A stretch of DNA of 64,000 nucleotides from an uncultured Acidobacteriota bacterium. Lineage in GTDB: Bacteria > Acidobacteriota > Thermoanaerobaculia > UBA5066 > Gp7-AA6. Every line of letters starts with the position of its first letter. Position 1 is the stretch's first letter. Under the pieces are notes generated by a model. That model worked only from the letters and a program-made list of their open reading frames with translations. It did not search any database and was not told where the DNA came from. Both the position numbers and the translations under genes were made by a program. Where the stretch lies: contig CAWCPN010000002.1 in the NCBI GenBank assembly GCA_963797495.1, forward strand, positions 532,096 to 596,095, read 5' to 3'. Shown piece after piece: positions 51,010 through 61,273 of this stretch.

Positions 51010-52623
51010 TCAGGTCAGCACCGGGATCACGAGCGGCCGGGCCCCGAAGAGGCGGCGGCAGGCGCGCCGCGCGGCCAGCGCGATCTCGGCGCGCATCCAC
51101 TCGCGGTCGGCCCGTTCCTCCGGGGTCGCCCGCGACAACACACCCCGGGCCGCGCGAGAGACCTCTCGGGAGAGCTCCGCCTCCGCCGCGGCGAGTCCGC
51201 GCGACACCACGTCGATCTCGGTGCCGCGGACGAGCACCAGAACGACCCCCTCCTGGGAGAGTTGCCTCCGGTCGTGCAGGACCTGCGGCGCCACGGCCTC
51301 GGACCGCTCGTCGAGGTAGACGACGCCGCAGTCGACCGCTCCCGGCTCGAGGCCAACCGACCCGGGTCCGAGCGTCAGCCGGTCCCCGTTGTCCGCCAGG
51401 AACACCCGGTCCGCCGCGACGCCGGCCGCGCAGGCGACCTCCGCCGCCGCGGCGAGCATCCGGCGGTCGCCGTGGACCGGCAGCACGGCGCGCGGACGGA
51501 CCATGCGAATCCACTCGGCGAGCTCTTCCCGGTGCGCGTGGCCCGAGACGTGGATCGGAGGCTCGGAATCGCGCACGACGCGCGCTCCGCGGCGAACGAG
51601 ATGGTCGCACATGCGGTTGACCGACCGCTCGTGGCCCGGGATCGTGCGGGCCGAGAGCAGAACCAGGTCTCCCTCGGAGAGCTCCAGGTCCGCGTGCTCG
51701 CCGAGCGCCAGGCGGTGGAGCGCCGAAAACGGCTCGCCCTGGCTGCCCGAGGTCAGGCACGTCAGACGCGCCGGCGCGGCCGCGCGCAGATCGGCCGGGG
51801 CGGGCCTCGCGCCGGTCGGGACCCGCAGGCGGCCGAGCCGTTCGGCGATTTCGGCCACGCTGCGCATGCTGCGCCCGAGGATCGCCACCTTGCGCCCGGC
51901 CGCGAGCGACGCGTCGACGCCCTGCGCGAGCCGCGCGACGTGGCTCGAGAAGGTCGTCAGGACGACGCGGCCCCGCGCGTGCCGGAACGCGGTCCGGATT
52001 CCGTCGCCGGCGACCCGCTCCGAGAGCGAGCGGCCCGGCCGTTGGGCGTTGGTCGAGTCGACGAGCGCGAGATCGACGCCCGCGCCGACCGCCGCGGCGA
52101 TCCCCTCCCGGTCCGTCCTCTCGCCGTCGGGCGGGTCGTCGTCGAGCTTGAAATCGCCCGAGTGCATGATGCGAATGCCTCCGGCCTCGATCAGCAGCGC
52201 GGCCGAATCCGGGACCGAGTGCGAGACCCGGAAGAAGGTCACCCGGAAGGGTCCCGATTCCACCGGCTCGCGTTCCCGGGCCTCCGCCAGGCCTTCCACC
52301 GGGACGCCCGCCTCTTCGAGTCGCCGGCGCGCCATCGCCAGCGTGAACGGGAAGCCATGGACCGGCGCCGCGCACCGTTCGCGCAGGAGCGGCAGCGCCC
52401 CGACGTGATCCTCGTGCCCGTGCGTCAGGAACACGCCCACGATGCGTTCGCCGTCGAGCACCGTGAGGTCCGGCGCGATCCGATCGATGCCCGGCAGGGT
52501 GTCGTCGGCGAACGCCACGCCGGCGTCGACGAGGATCCCGGCGCCTTCGCACCGGAGCCAGAGGATGTTCTTGCCGAACTCGCCCACGCCGCCGAGCGGG
52601 ACGACCTCGACGGCCGCCGTCAC
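51010..52623 (-). CDS. rnj: Ribonuclease J (MBL-fold RNA-metabolising hydrolase)
   Basis: LGGVGEFGKN and the HGHEDHVGALP metallo-beta-lactamase motif, with beta-CASP and C-terminal domains. The GTG start overlaps the ksgA stop (GTGA). Confidence 0.85.
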   Translation of the reverse strand: MTAAVEVVPLGGVGEFGKNILWLRCEGAGILVDAGVAFADDTLPGIDRIAPDLTVLDGERIVGVFLTHGHEDHVGALPLLRERCAAPVHGFPFTLAMARRRLEEAGVPVEGLAEAREREPVESGPFRVTFFRVSHSVPDSAALLIEAGGIRIMHSGDFKLDDDPPDGERTDREGIAAAVGAGVDLALVDSTNAQRPGRSLSERVAGDGIRTAFRHARGRVVLTTFSSHVARLAQGVDASLAAGRKVAILGRSMRSVAEIAERLGRLRVPTGARPAPADLRAAAPARLTCLTSGSQGEPFSALHRLALGEHADLELSEGDLVLLSARTIPGHERSVNRMCDHLVRRGARVVRDSEPPIHVSGHAHREELAEWIRMVRPRAVLPVHGDRRMLAAAAEVACAAGVAADRVFLADNGDRLTLGPGSVGLEPGAVDCGVVYLDERSEAVAPQVLHDRRQLSQEGVVLVLVRGTEIDVVSRGLAAAEAELSREVSRAARGVLSRATPEERADREWMRAEIALAARRACRRLFGARPLVIPVLT

Positions 52624-53456
52624 GGCGCCCGCCAGATGCGCGCGAGCTCCAGGAACTCCTCGGGCGACAGTTCTTCCGCCCGCGCCCGGGCGGAATGGCC
52701 GAGCGTCTCGAGCGCACCCTCCCACTGCGCCCGTGGGCCCGCCGACGAGAGCGCGTTGGCCAGCGTCTTGCGCCTCGCGTTGAAGCCGAGTGACGCCAGG
52801 GTCAGCGCGCGTCGCGACCACGCCGCGTCGAGCGGTTGTGGCCGCGGCGTCAGCTCGAGCACCGACGAAGTCACCCGCGGCCGCGGGCGGAAGGCGCCCG
52901 GAGGCAGGTCGAAGAGAATCCGCCCGGACGCGTGCATCGCCGTCCGGATGGAGAGATATCCGTAACCCGCCTCGCGCGGTCGCGCGACGAACCGCTGGGC
53001 GACCTCGCGTTGCACGGTGGCCACCGCCCGGCGAACCACGCCGCGCGCCTCGATCGCAGCGAAGAGGATGGGCGTCGCCACGTTGTACGGGAGGTTGGCG
53101 ACCAGAAGCGCCTCGCCCTCGCAGCCGGCCGCGCGCAGCCAGTCGACGATCGGACGCGACAGCACGTCGCCCGGAAGGATCCGGACGTGCGCGTCGCCGG
53201 CGAATTCGGCGGCGAGCGCCTCGGCGCGCCACGGATCGATCTCGACGGCGGCGACCCGGCGGGCGGCTCCGGCCAGGAAACGGGTCAGCGCCCCATCCCC
53301 GGGCCCGATCTCCAGCACGCAGTCTTCCGGGGCGATGCGGGCGGCGTCGACGATCCGGCGCGCGGTTTCGGGGCTCGCCAGGAAGTGCTGACCCCAGCGC
53401 TTGCGGGCCGGCAGGCGGGGCCGCGTGCCGGCCCGGCGCTCATGCTGTGACGGCAT
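52620..53456 (-). CDS. rsmA: 16S rRNA (adenine1518/1519-N6)-dimethyltransferase
   Basis: WGQHFL, VLEIGPGDGALT and NLPYNV motifs. Confidence 0.9.
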   Translation of the reverse strand: MPSQHERRAGTRPRLPARKRWGQHFLASPETARRIVDAARIAPEDCVLEIGPGDGALTRFLAGAARRVAAVEIDPWRAEALAAEFAGDAHVRILPGDVLSRPIVDWLRAAGCEGEALLVANLPYNVATPILFAAIEARGVVRRAVATVQREVAQRFVARPREAGYGYLSIRTAMHASGRILFDLPPGAFRPRPRVTSSVLELTPRPQPLDAAWSRRALTLASLGFNARRKTLANALSSAGPRAQWEGALETLGHSARARAEELSPEEFLELARIWRAP

Positions 53457-53516
53457 CGTCTCGCCCGGTCCGCACGGCGCCCGAGGCTATCAGATGGTAG
53501 AATTTTTGCGATCCGG

Positions 53517-54665
53517 ATGGGCGCCCTTCAGGTTTTCACTCTTGAGAACCGTCGGCTCGAGAACTTTCTCGAACGCCATAAGGCGTACTACGCCTACACC
53601 GGCGAAATCGAGATCGACCGCTTCCTCCGAGAGATTCTCCAGAAGGCCAACGAGTTCGTTCCGTCGGAGGCGGGTTCGATTCTTCTCGACGATCCGATGA
53701 CCAAGAACTCGGACGATCGCCTCGAGAACGAGCTGGTCTTCATCTCGACCTACGGCGCCCACGGCGAGGCGAGGCTCGGAAAACGGATGAACGCGCGCGT
53801 GGGAATCGTCGGCCACGTCTATGCCACCGGCGTGGCCTACATGACCGACGAGGTCGTCGACGATCCGTTCTTCTACCCGACCCTCGACCTGACGAATGGC
53901 TTCCAGACCAAATCGGTTCTCTGCGTTCCCATCCGCATCGAGTCGTCGGTGTGCGGCGTCCTCGAGCTCGTGAACAAATCCGGCCCGGTCGGCTTTCGCG
54001 AGAAGGACCGACGGCTCCTCGAAATCTTCGCCGACTACGCCTCGATCTCGATCCAGAACCTCCTGGACGCGCGGCGGGCCTACGAGGTCGCCAAGCGTGA
54101 CGGCCTGACCGGGCTCTACAACGAGCGCTACCTCCACCTCAGGCTCACGCAGGAGCTCTCCCGGATCTCCCGCGACGGCGGCGATCTGTCGGTGATCTTT
54201 CTCGACCTCGACAACCTCAAGTCCGTCAACGATCGGCACGGCCACCTCGCCGGAAGCCAGGTCCTCCGCGAAGTCGGCTACATCCTGCGACGCACCGTCA
54301 CGGACGAGCGCGCGACGCTGACGCGGTACGGGGGCGACGAGTTCGTGCTGATCCTTCCGGGCCACACCCTCGAGGAAGGCGTCGAGGTCGCCGAGGCGAT
54401 CCGCATGGCCATCCGCAGCGCCACGTTTCTGTTCCGGCCCTACGGCTTCAACGAGCCGGCCTTGAACCTCCACGGCGTCATCACCGGATCGCTCGGGGTG
54501 TCCTCGATCCGCTCCCACGCCACGCCCGGCGCCTCGGTCGAACAGCAGAAGAACGAGCTGCTGCGGGCCGCGGACACGGCCCTTTACCGCGCCAAGGAAC
54601 ACGGGAAAGATCGCTGTACGGCCGCGAGCGTCGAGGACGCGCGGGTTCCCGCGCTCTCCAGCTAA
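53517..54665 (+). CDS. GAF-domain diguanylate cyclase (GAF-GGDEF)
   Basis: GAF domain (VLCVPIRIESSVCGVLELVN) followed by GGDEF with an RYGGDEF motif. Confidence 0.85.
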   Translation: MGALQVFTLENRRLENFLERHKAYYAYTGEIEIDRFLREILQKANEFVPSEAGSILLDDPMTKNSDDRLENELVFISTYGAHGEARLGKRMNARVGIVGHVYATGVAYMTDEVVDDPFFYPTLDLTNGFQTKSVLCVPIRIESSVCGVLELVNKSGPVGFREKDRRLLEIFADYASISIQNLLDARRAYEVAKRDGLTGLYNERYLHLRLTQELSRISRDGGDLSVIFLDLDNLKSVNDRHGHLAGSQVLREVGYILRRTVTDERATLTRYGGDEFVLILPGHTLEEGVEVAEAIRMAIRSATFLFRPYGFNEPALNLHGVITGSLGVSSIRSHATPGASVEQQKNELLRAADTALYRAKEHGKDRCTAASVEDARVPALSS

Positions 54666-54754
54666 CCCGGGGTTGACGCCTCCCTCGACGTCCTGCTAGC
54701 GTTCTCTCTCCGCGATCGACTTTCGCCCTTTTTGCGCCTCCGAGGAGCTCCACG

Positions 54755-56102
54755 ATGCAAATTGTGACCCGCGAGCAACTCTCTCCGAAGAACGTCCTCG
54801 ACGTCCTCGGCCGCCACATCCTGGTCGACGGCTACCACGTGGTGATGGACATGGAGCGCAGCCGCGGTTCCTACCTCTACGACGCCCGGAGCGACCGGCC
54901 CATCCTCGACTTCTTCTCCTGCTTCGCCACGATCCCGGTCGGCTACAACCACCCGAAGATGCAGGACCCCGAGTTTCGCGAGGCCCTCATGGAAGCGGCG
55001 CTCACGAAACCGTCGACCAGCGACATCTACACCGAGCACTTCGCCCGCTTCGTCGAGACCTTCTCGGCCCTGGCGGTCCCGCCCTCCCACTCCGACCACA
55101 TGTTCTTCGTCGAGGGCGGGACGCTCGCGATCGAGAACACGCTGAAGACCGCCTTCGACTGGAAGATCCGCAGGAACCTGGCGCGCGGCAAGGGTGAGAA
55201 GGGCACGAAGATCCTGCACTTCAAGAACGCCTTCCACGGCCGGTCCGGCTATTCGCTGTCGATGACCAACACGGCCGACCCGCGCAAGACCCAGTACTTC
55301 CCCAAGTTCGACTGGCCACGGCTCTCCTGCCCCAGCCTCTCCTTTCCCGTCACCGAAGCGGGTGATCCGCGACGTGGCGGCCGCCGAGGAGACGGTCGAG
55401 CGCGAAATCCGGGCGGCGGTCGCCTCGAACCCGGACGACATCGCGGCCCTGATCCTCGAGCCCATCCAGGGCGAGGGCGGAGACAACCACTTCCGACCGG
55501 AGTTCTTTCAGCGGCTGCGCCGGCTCGCCGACGAGCTCGAGTTCCTCCTGATCTTCGACGAAGTCCAGACGGGCGTCGGCCTGACCGGCTCGATGTGGTG
55601 CTGGCAGCAGATGGGCGTCGAACCGGACATGTTCGCGTTCGGCAAGAAGACGCAGGTCTGCGGCTTCGCCTCCAACCACCGGATCGACGACGTTCCGGAC
55701 AACGTGTTCAAGGTCTCCTCCCGCATCAACTCGACCTGGGGCGGCAACCTCGTCGACATGATCCGCTGTGCCCGAATACCTCGAGATCATCGCCGAGGAC
55801 AACCTGATCGAGAACGCCCGCGTCGTCGGCGAGCACCTCCAGGGCCGCCTGGGCGAGCTCTCGGCGGAGATTCCCGGGCGTGATGACCAACGTCCGCGGC
55901 CGCGGCCTCTTCATCGCCTTCGACCTGCCCGACAAGGAAACCCGCGACCGCACGCTCGCCGCCTGCCTCGAGAACGGCATGATGGGACTCGCCTCCGGGC
56001 GCCAACGCCATCCGCTTCCGGCCGCACCTGGTCCTCTCGAAGGACGAGGCCGACGAGGGCGTCCGCAAGCTCCGGCGGGCGATTTCCGCCGTGCGTTCGT
56101 GA
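54755..56102 (+). CDS. lat: L-lysine 6-aminotransferase (class III aminotransferase, LAT family), with about 4 frameshifts
   Basis: Block-by-block similarity to mycobacterial LAT (ILVDGYH, RSRGSYLYDA, FFVEGGTLAIENTLKTAFDWK, FHGRSGYSLSMTNT, EPIQGEGGDNHFRPEFF, IFDEVQTGVGLTGSMW, FGKKTQVCG, NSTWGGNL). Segments lie in four frames, joined near 55350, 55770, 55870 and 55990. Confidence 0.75.
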
Positions 56103-56159
56103 GCCGGCGGGACGGGCGCGCCGGTCTCTCCGCTCCGAAGTAGCCGGCGTCCGGATCCG

Positions 56160-56829
56160 GTGCTCCGGCGCATCGTCATTCCGGCGGCCGTCGCCCTCGG
56201 CGCGGCGGTCGTGCTGTTCTGGGCGACGCTGCCCGACGTCACGCCGCTCGCGACGGCCTGGCCGAAGACCACCGCCTTCATGGAGCGGCGCAAGGCCCGC
56301 TTCGTGCGCGACGGAAAGAGCCCGCGGCTCGACTGGACAACCCGTGCCCCTGTCGCGGATCGCGCCGGACCTGCGGCGCGCGGTCGTCGTCGCCGAGGAC
56401 GCCCGCTTCTGGGAGCACGACGGCGTCGACTGGGAGGCGATGCGGGGCGCGCTCGAGCAGGACTGGAAGCGCGGCGAGCTCAAGGTCGGCGGCTCGACGA
56501 TCACGCAGCAGCTCGCCAAGAACCTGTACCTCTCGCCCGCCCGCACGCCCTGGCGGAAGCTGCGCGAGCTCGCGATCGCCCACCGGCTCGAGCAGCGCCT
56601 TTCGAAGAAGCGGATCCTCGAGCTGTATTTGAACGTCATCGAGTTCGGGTCGCGAACCTTCGGCGTCGAGGCCGCGGCCCGCCGCTACCTCGGCAAGTCG
56701 GCGGCCGACGTGTCGCGCGAGGAGGCGGCGACGCTCGCCGCGGTGATCCCGTCGCCCCGCATCTACGATCCCGTCAAGCACCCCGACCGCGTGTCCCGCC
56801 GCGCGCGGCGGATCCTGCGCTGGATGTGA
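56160..56829 (+). CDS. mtgA: Monofunctional biosynthetic peptidoglycan transglycosylase, with 1 frameshift near 56335
   Basis: N-terminal TM helix then a GT51 domain (EDARFWEHDGVDWEA, GGSTITQQLAKNLYLS, RKLRELAIAHRLEQ). The N-terminal 60 aa sit in a different frame. Confidence 0.8.
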
Positions 56830-56871
56830 ACGGGCCGCGGTGCTATTCTGAAAGCTCTCGCTTTTTCGGAG

Positions 56872-57719
56872 GTGGATCGGATGCGTTTCCGGCGGTGTAC
56901 GTTCGGGTTCCTCGCCGCGGCCGCGATCGCCGCGGCGAGCCTGTTCCAAGAAGCCGGCCTCCATCGACGTGGCCCCGAAGACCCTCAAGATCTACGGCCT
57001 CGATCGATCGCAGCGGCTATCGGCCCGGATCCTGGAAGCCAAGGGCCAGCCCTTCGGATCGGGCGCTCGCCACATGGAGCTCGTCGGACCGGGGCGTGGC
57101 GGACGTGGACCCGGGCGGCCGCGTCGTCGCAAAGAAGGCCGGCAAGGCGACGATGACGGCCTCGTTCCAGGAGCGTCAGCGCCCAGGTCCCCGTCGAGGT
57201 CGTGGACGTCAACGCCGATCGAGTTCCCCTCGCCGTCGTATGCTCTGGCCGGGCCGGCCGGAACGTCCATCCCGGTGACGTGGACGGTTCGGGACTCCGC
57301 CGGTCACAAAGTCGACATCGCACCCGTCTGGTCGTCCGCGGACGAAAAGGTCGCGCGCGGTCTCGGACGCTGGATTCGTGACGTCGGTGGGGCCCGGCAC
57401 CACCAGCATCGTCGCGCGCATCGGCGACATCCAGGGAGCCTGCGAGGTCACCGTCAGCCTGCACGCCGATCGGGCGGCTCGAACTCCGGCCGCTGACCGC
57501 GCTCGTCCACGTCGGCGAAACCCAGCACTTCCGGCTCACGGCGTTCGCGCCCGGACGGCACGGCGATCCCGGAGGTCTCCGGGGTCTTCCAGTCCTCCGA
57601 TCCCGACCGTCGCCTCGGTCGATTCGGCCGGCGTGGCAAACGGCCGCAAGGCCGGCGCCGCCACGATCCGGGCCGAGCTCGCCGGCGCGTCCGCCGAGGC
57701 GACGCTGATCGTGAACTGA
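56872..57719 (+). CDS. Bacterial Ig-like (Big_2) domain lipo/secreted protein, heavily frameshifted
   Basis: Signal peptide (MRFRRCTFGFLAAAAIAAASL) and Big_2-like segments (GKATMTASFQ, GTTSIVARIGDIQGACEVTV, GAATIRAELAGASAEATLIV) scattered over three frames. Confidence 0.5.
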
Positions 57720-57740
57720 CCCCGCGCGGAGGATCCCGCA

Positions 57741-58581
57741 ATGCCCGTCCGGCCTCCGGCCTTCGCCGGCACCTTCTACGACGCGCGGCCGGAGCGCCTC
57801 GCCCGGGACGTCCGTTCGCGACCTCGACGCCGCCGGCGGCGACGCCGCGCCCCGCGTTCGGCGCCATCGTGCCTCACGCCGGGTACGTCTATTCGGGCCG
57901 CGTGGCCGGCGCGGTCTACGCGCGGATTCGGGTTCCGCCGACCTGCGTGATCCTCTGCCCCAACCACACGGGCTTCGGCGCGCGCCGCGCGGCCGTCGAC
58001 CCGTCCGACGCCTGGCGCACGCCGCTCGGCGATGTCGCCGATCGACGCCGCCCTGGCACGACGCGCTCGCGGCGCTCGCCCCGTCCCTCGAAGCCGGATG
58101 CGCGTGGCACACCGCGGCGAGCACTCGCTCGAGGTGCAGCTTCCCTTCCTCCAGGTCCGTGCGGCCCGACGTCGCGATCGTCCCGATCTGCCTCGGCGAG
58201 CCGCAGCCTGGCGCTCTGCCGCGAGATCGGCGACGCCCTCGCCGCCGATCGGCCGTCGGAGGAGGCCGAGCCGCCCCTGCTCATCGCCTCGTCCGACATG
58301 AACCACTACGAGAGCCGGGACGAGGGCCGCGCGCAAGGACGACCTGGCGCTCGCGCGCGTCGAGCGGCCTCGATCCCGAGGGGCTGTTTCGGACGGTCCG
58401 GGCCGAATCGATCTCGATGTGCGGGTTCCTGCCTGCGACCGCCCTGCTCTTCGCGGCCCGCGCCGCCGGCGCAGGCCCGGCGCGCGTCGTCGCCCGGCGC
58501 GACAGCGGCGACGAAACCGGGGACACCTCGAGCGTCGTTGGATATGCGGGAGTCATCATCGACACGAAGGAGCGTCGATGA
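57741..58581 (+). CDS. MEMO1-family protein (AmmeMemoRadiSam system protein B homolog), with at least 6 frameshifts
   Basis: FAGTFYDARPERL, VPHAGYVYSG, LCPNHTG, HRGEHSLEVQLPFLQ, IASSDMNHYES and SMCGFLPA motifs across three frames. Confidence 0.65.
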
Positions 58582-59129
58582 GGAAACGGGTCGCCAGCCG
58601 CCACGTCTGTTCGCCCTGGCCGTCTCCGCCGCCCTTTCCGCCGGACCGCCGACCGAGGTCCGGACGATCGCCCCGCGCCCCGGGCGACGTCGCGACGATC
58701 GACGGGATGATCAGTGCGTTCTACGAGGTCGTCTCCGGCCCGAAGGGCCAGCCCCGCGACTGGGCGCGGGACCGGACGCTCTACATCCCGGACGTGCGCT
58801 TCGTGCCGGTCGACGTCGGAAAGGACGGCCGGATCGTGGCCCGGATCTCGACGCACCAGCAGTTCGTGGATTCGGCCTACGCGGCTCGAAGACCGAGGGC
58901 TTCTTCGAGAAGGAGATCCACCGCGTGACCGAGCGCTTCGGGCCGATCGCCCACGTCTGGAGCACGTACGAGTCGCGCCGGACGGCGGAGGGCCCGGTCA
59001 TCAGGCGGGGCATCAACTCCGATCGAGCTCTTCTGGGACGGCAGGCGCTGGTGGATCGCCAACGCCATCTGGACCGACGAGACGAAGGACAACCCGATCC
59101 CGACGGAGTACCTGCCCAAGGGCCCGTAG
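58578..59129 (+). CDS. NTF2-like (SnoaL/DUF4440-like) domain lipoprotein/secreted protein, with about 2 frameshifts
   Basis: Signal-like N-terminus. IDGMISAFYEVVSG...WARDRTLYIPDVRFVPV and the C-terminal ELFWDGRRWWIANAIWTDE are characteristic of NTF2-like folds. The C-terminal third lies in another frame. Confidence 0.45.
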
Positions 59130-59143
59130 CCGCCGGGCCAGGC

Positions 59144-59941
59144 TACCGTGGCTCGGCCACGATGACGGCGTGAGTAGCCCCGCTCGCGCGCGAGCAGGGC
59201 GTCTTCGTGCGCCAGCAACCGCTCGACCGTCGCGTCGAAGACCTCCGGGACGGGCCCGCCGGGCTGGTCCGGGCGCAGCAGGCTCGGGTAGATCACGGCC
59301 AGGAGGTTGCCGCCGTAGTCCCTGCGCGCGAGAACCCGGAAGTGCGCTTCGACCGCCGGGAGAATGCCCGAAGACTCGACGGCTTCCGTCGGGTCCTCGC
59401 GATTGATCGGGCGCCGGACGATCCGCGTGCGCCGCACGGCGGCGGGGAGCCGCCGGTACGCCGCGTTCCAGCGGAGCAGGTCCCTCCAGGTCCACTCGCC
59501 CCGTGAAGGACCGACGTACTCGTCGAGATACAGGACCCCGCGCGGCGCGAGCGCCCCGCGCACGAGGCCGAGAAACTCGGGAAGCCGGTCGAAGTGATGG
59601 AGCGAGGAGTGAAAGAAGATCGCGTCGCACTCCCGGACGGACGCGAGAAGCTCGCGGGCATCGGCGACGACGTAGTCGATCCGGCTCGCCAGCCCCGCAT
59701 CGGCGCAGGCGCGGCGGGCGGCGGCGATCGCCTCGGGACTCGCGTCGACGCCCGTGACCCGCTCGACGAGCTCGAGACCGGCGAGCGAGCGCTCCAGGTT
59801 CCCGACCCCGCAGCCGATCGACAGCGCCCGGCGGAACGGCACGCGGTCCGGAACGATGTCGGCCAGCCACGCGATCGGCCACCGCCCCGGGTCGCCGGTC
59901 ACGCGCCGGTTGATGCGCGCGCGCACGGACGGGTGGTTCAT
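59144..59941 (-). CDS. Class I SAM-dependent methyltransferase; 3' end uncertain
   Basis: ALSIGCGVGN (motif I), VTGVDASPEA and DAIFFHSSLHHF (motif II/III). The in-frame ORF runs on to 58877 across a convergent gene, so a terminal indel is suspected. An alternative GTG start lies at 59988. Confidence 0.6.
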
Positions 59942-60027
59942 CCAGATCTCGTCCCAACCGTGCCGGTCCAGGTCGGACCAGTAGGTCACGGCATCCCGGG
60001 GGCTCCTCCGGGAGGTAACCCCGCCCC

Positions 60028-61194
60028 CTACGCGCCCGAGGGCGATCCGGGCAGCAGACCTTCGACCTGCAGGGTCCGCGGCCCGCGGGCGTCGCAGACC
60101 GCGTAGCGCACGCGCCGGCCGGTCTCCCCGGCCCAGCCCCGCTCGTCGTCCTCGAGGGCGTACATCGCCACCCCCGCGTACTCGCCCTTCGCGTTCAGGG
60201 CGTAGAAGTTGACGTTGAAGTTGGGATTGCCGCGGGTGTTCAAGAGCCGCTTCTCGACGGTGTTGGACTTGATCCGCTTGAGCGCCTCCATGCCGGCGTC
60301 CTTCGGGTGCATTCCGCGCCGCATGCACTCGACGATGAAGAAGGAGCAGAGATTGTAGAGGTTCGCCTCGCCGCGCCCGGTCGAGCCGGCCGCGCCGACC
60401 TGGCCGTCGACGTAGAGGCCCGCGCCGAGGATCGGCGAGTCGCCCACGCGGCCCGGGATCTTGAAGAAGAGCCCCGAGGTCGTCGTCACCCCGCAGATCT
60501 CTCCCTTCGCGTTGATTCCGTCGCAGTTGATCGTCCCGTACATCTTGGACGCCGGGAACAGTCCTTCGGCGGCCATCTGGCGCCGCGCCTCCATGGACGC
60601 GATCTCCCGCTCCTTCGGCGTCAGGTAGTGCTTCGGATCGGTGCGCTGCTTCCACTCGAGCCAGAGCTTGCGGGAGAGGGGCGTGTTGAGGTCGTCCTCG
60701 ATCGTGAACCCCATGTTCCGCGCGAAGTGCTGCGCACCCTGGCCGACCAAGAGATGATGGTCGGTCTGGTTCATCACCTCGCGGGCCACCCGCGACGGCG
60801 TCCGGACGCCCTCGAGCGCGGCCACGCCGCCCGCCCGCTTGAGGGGACCGTGCATGCAGCAGGAGTCGAGCTGGACGACCCCCTCGGCGTTGGGGACGCC
60901 GCCGTAGCCCACGCTGTAGTCCTCCGGATCGAGCTCGACGATGTTGACGCCCTCGATGAGGGCGTCGAGGACGTCGCCGCCGGCCATCATGCCCATCCAG
61001 GCCTTCTCGACGCAGGTCTGCGTGCCGCCGTTCTTGAACCAGTTGCCGTTGGCCGACGCGATGACGACCGGCTGAGCGGCGGTCCCCGGAGCGATCGCCG
61101 GCGCCTTTCCGAAGGCTCCCCGCGGCGCTGCCGCCGCGATTCCCGCCGCCGTAGACGTCTTCACGAAATCCCGCCGTGTGAACCGTCGAGGCAT
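60028..61194 (-). CDS. Ntn-hydrolase asparaginase (isoaspartyl peptidase / glycosylasparaginase family) with Tat signal peptide
   Basis: RRDFVKTSTAAGIAAAA twin-arginine signal, a conserved autoprocessing GT site in GAVGAAGSTGRGE and an HGPLK-type motif. Confidence 0.8.
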   Translation of the reverse strand: MPRRFTRRDFVKTSTAAGIAAAAPRGAFGKAPAIAPGTAAQPVVIASANGNWFKNGGTQTCVEKAWMGMMAGGDVLDALIEGVNIVELDPEDYSVGYGGVPNAEGVVQLDSCCMHGPLKRAGGVAALEGVRTPSRVAREVMNQTDHHLLVGQGAQHFARNMGFTIEDDLNTPLSRKLWLEWKQRTDPKHYLTPKEREIASMEARRQMAAEGLFPASKMYGTINCDGINAKGEICGVTTTSGLFFKIPGRVGDSPILGAGLYVDGQVGAAGSTGRGEANLYNLCSFFIVECMRRGMHPKDAGMEALKRIKSNTVEKRLLNTRGNPNFNVNFYALNAKGEYAGVAMYALEDDERGWAGETGRRVRYAVCDARGPRTLQVEGLLPGSPSGA

Positions 61195-61273
61195 CTCTCC
61201 CTCCTCTGCTGCGTGCGACTGGTCGTGGGAGTCTACCTTGCCGGGCGGCCGGCCCCCGGGCTACGCTTGGCCG

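Noticed and set aside
57741-58581. Possible AmmeMemoRadiSam system (MEMO1 homolog plus a radical SAM enzyme)
   Set aside because: The only radical SAM gene (45135..46166) is SPL/COG1533-type and lies 12 kb away. No AMMECR1 (system protein A) is present, so this is a lone MEMO1 homolog.
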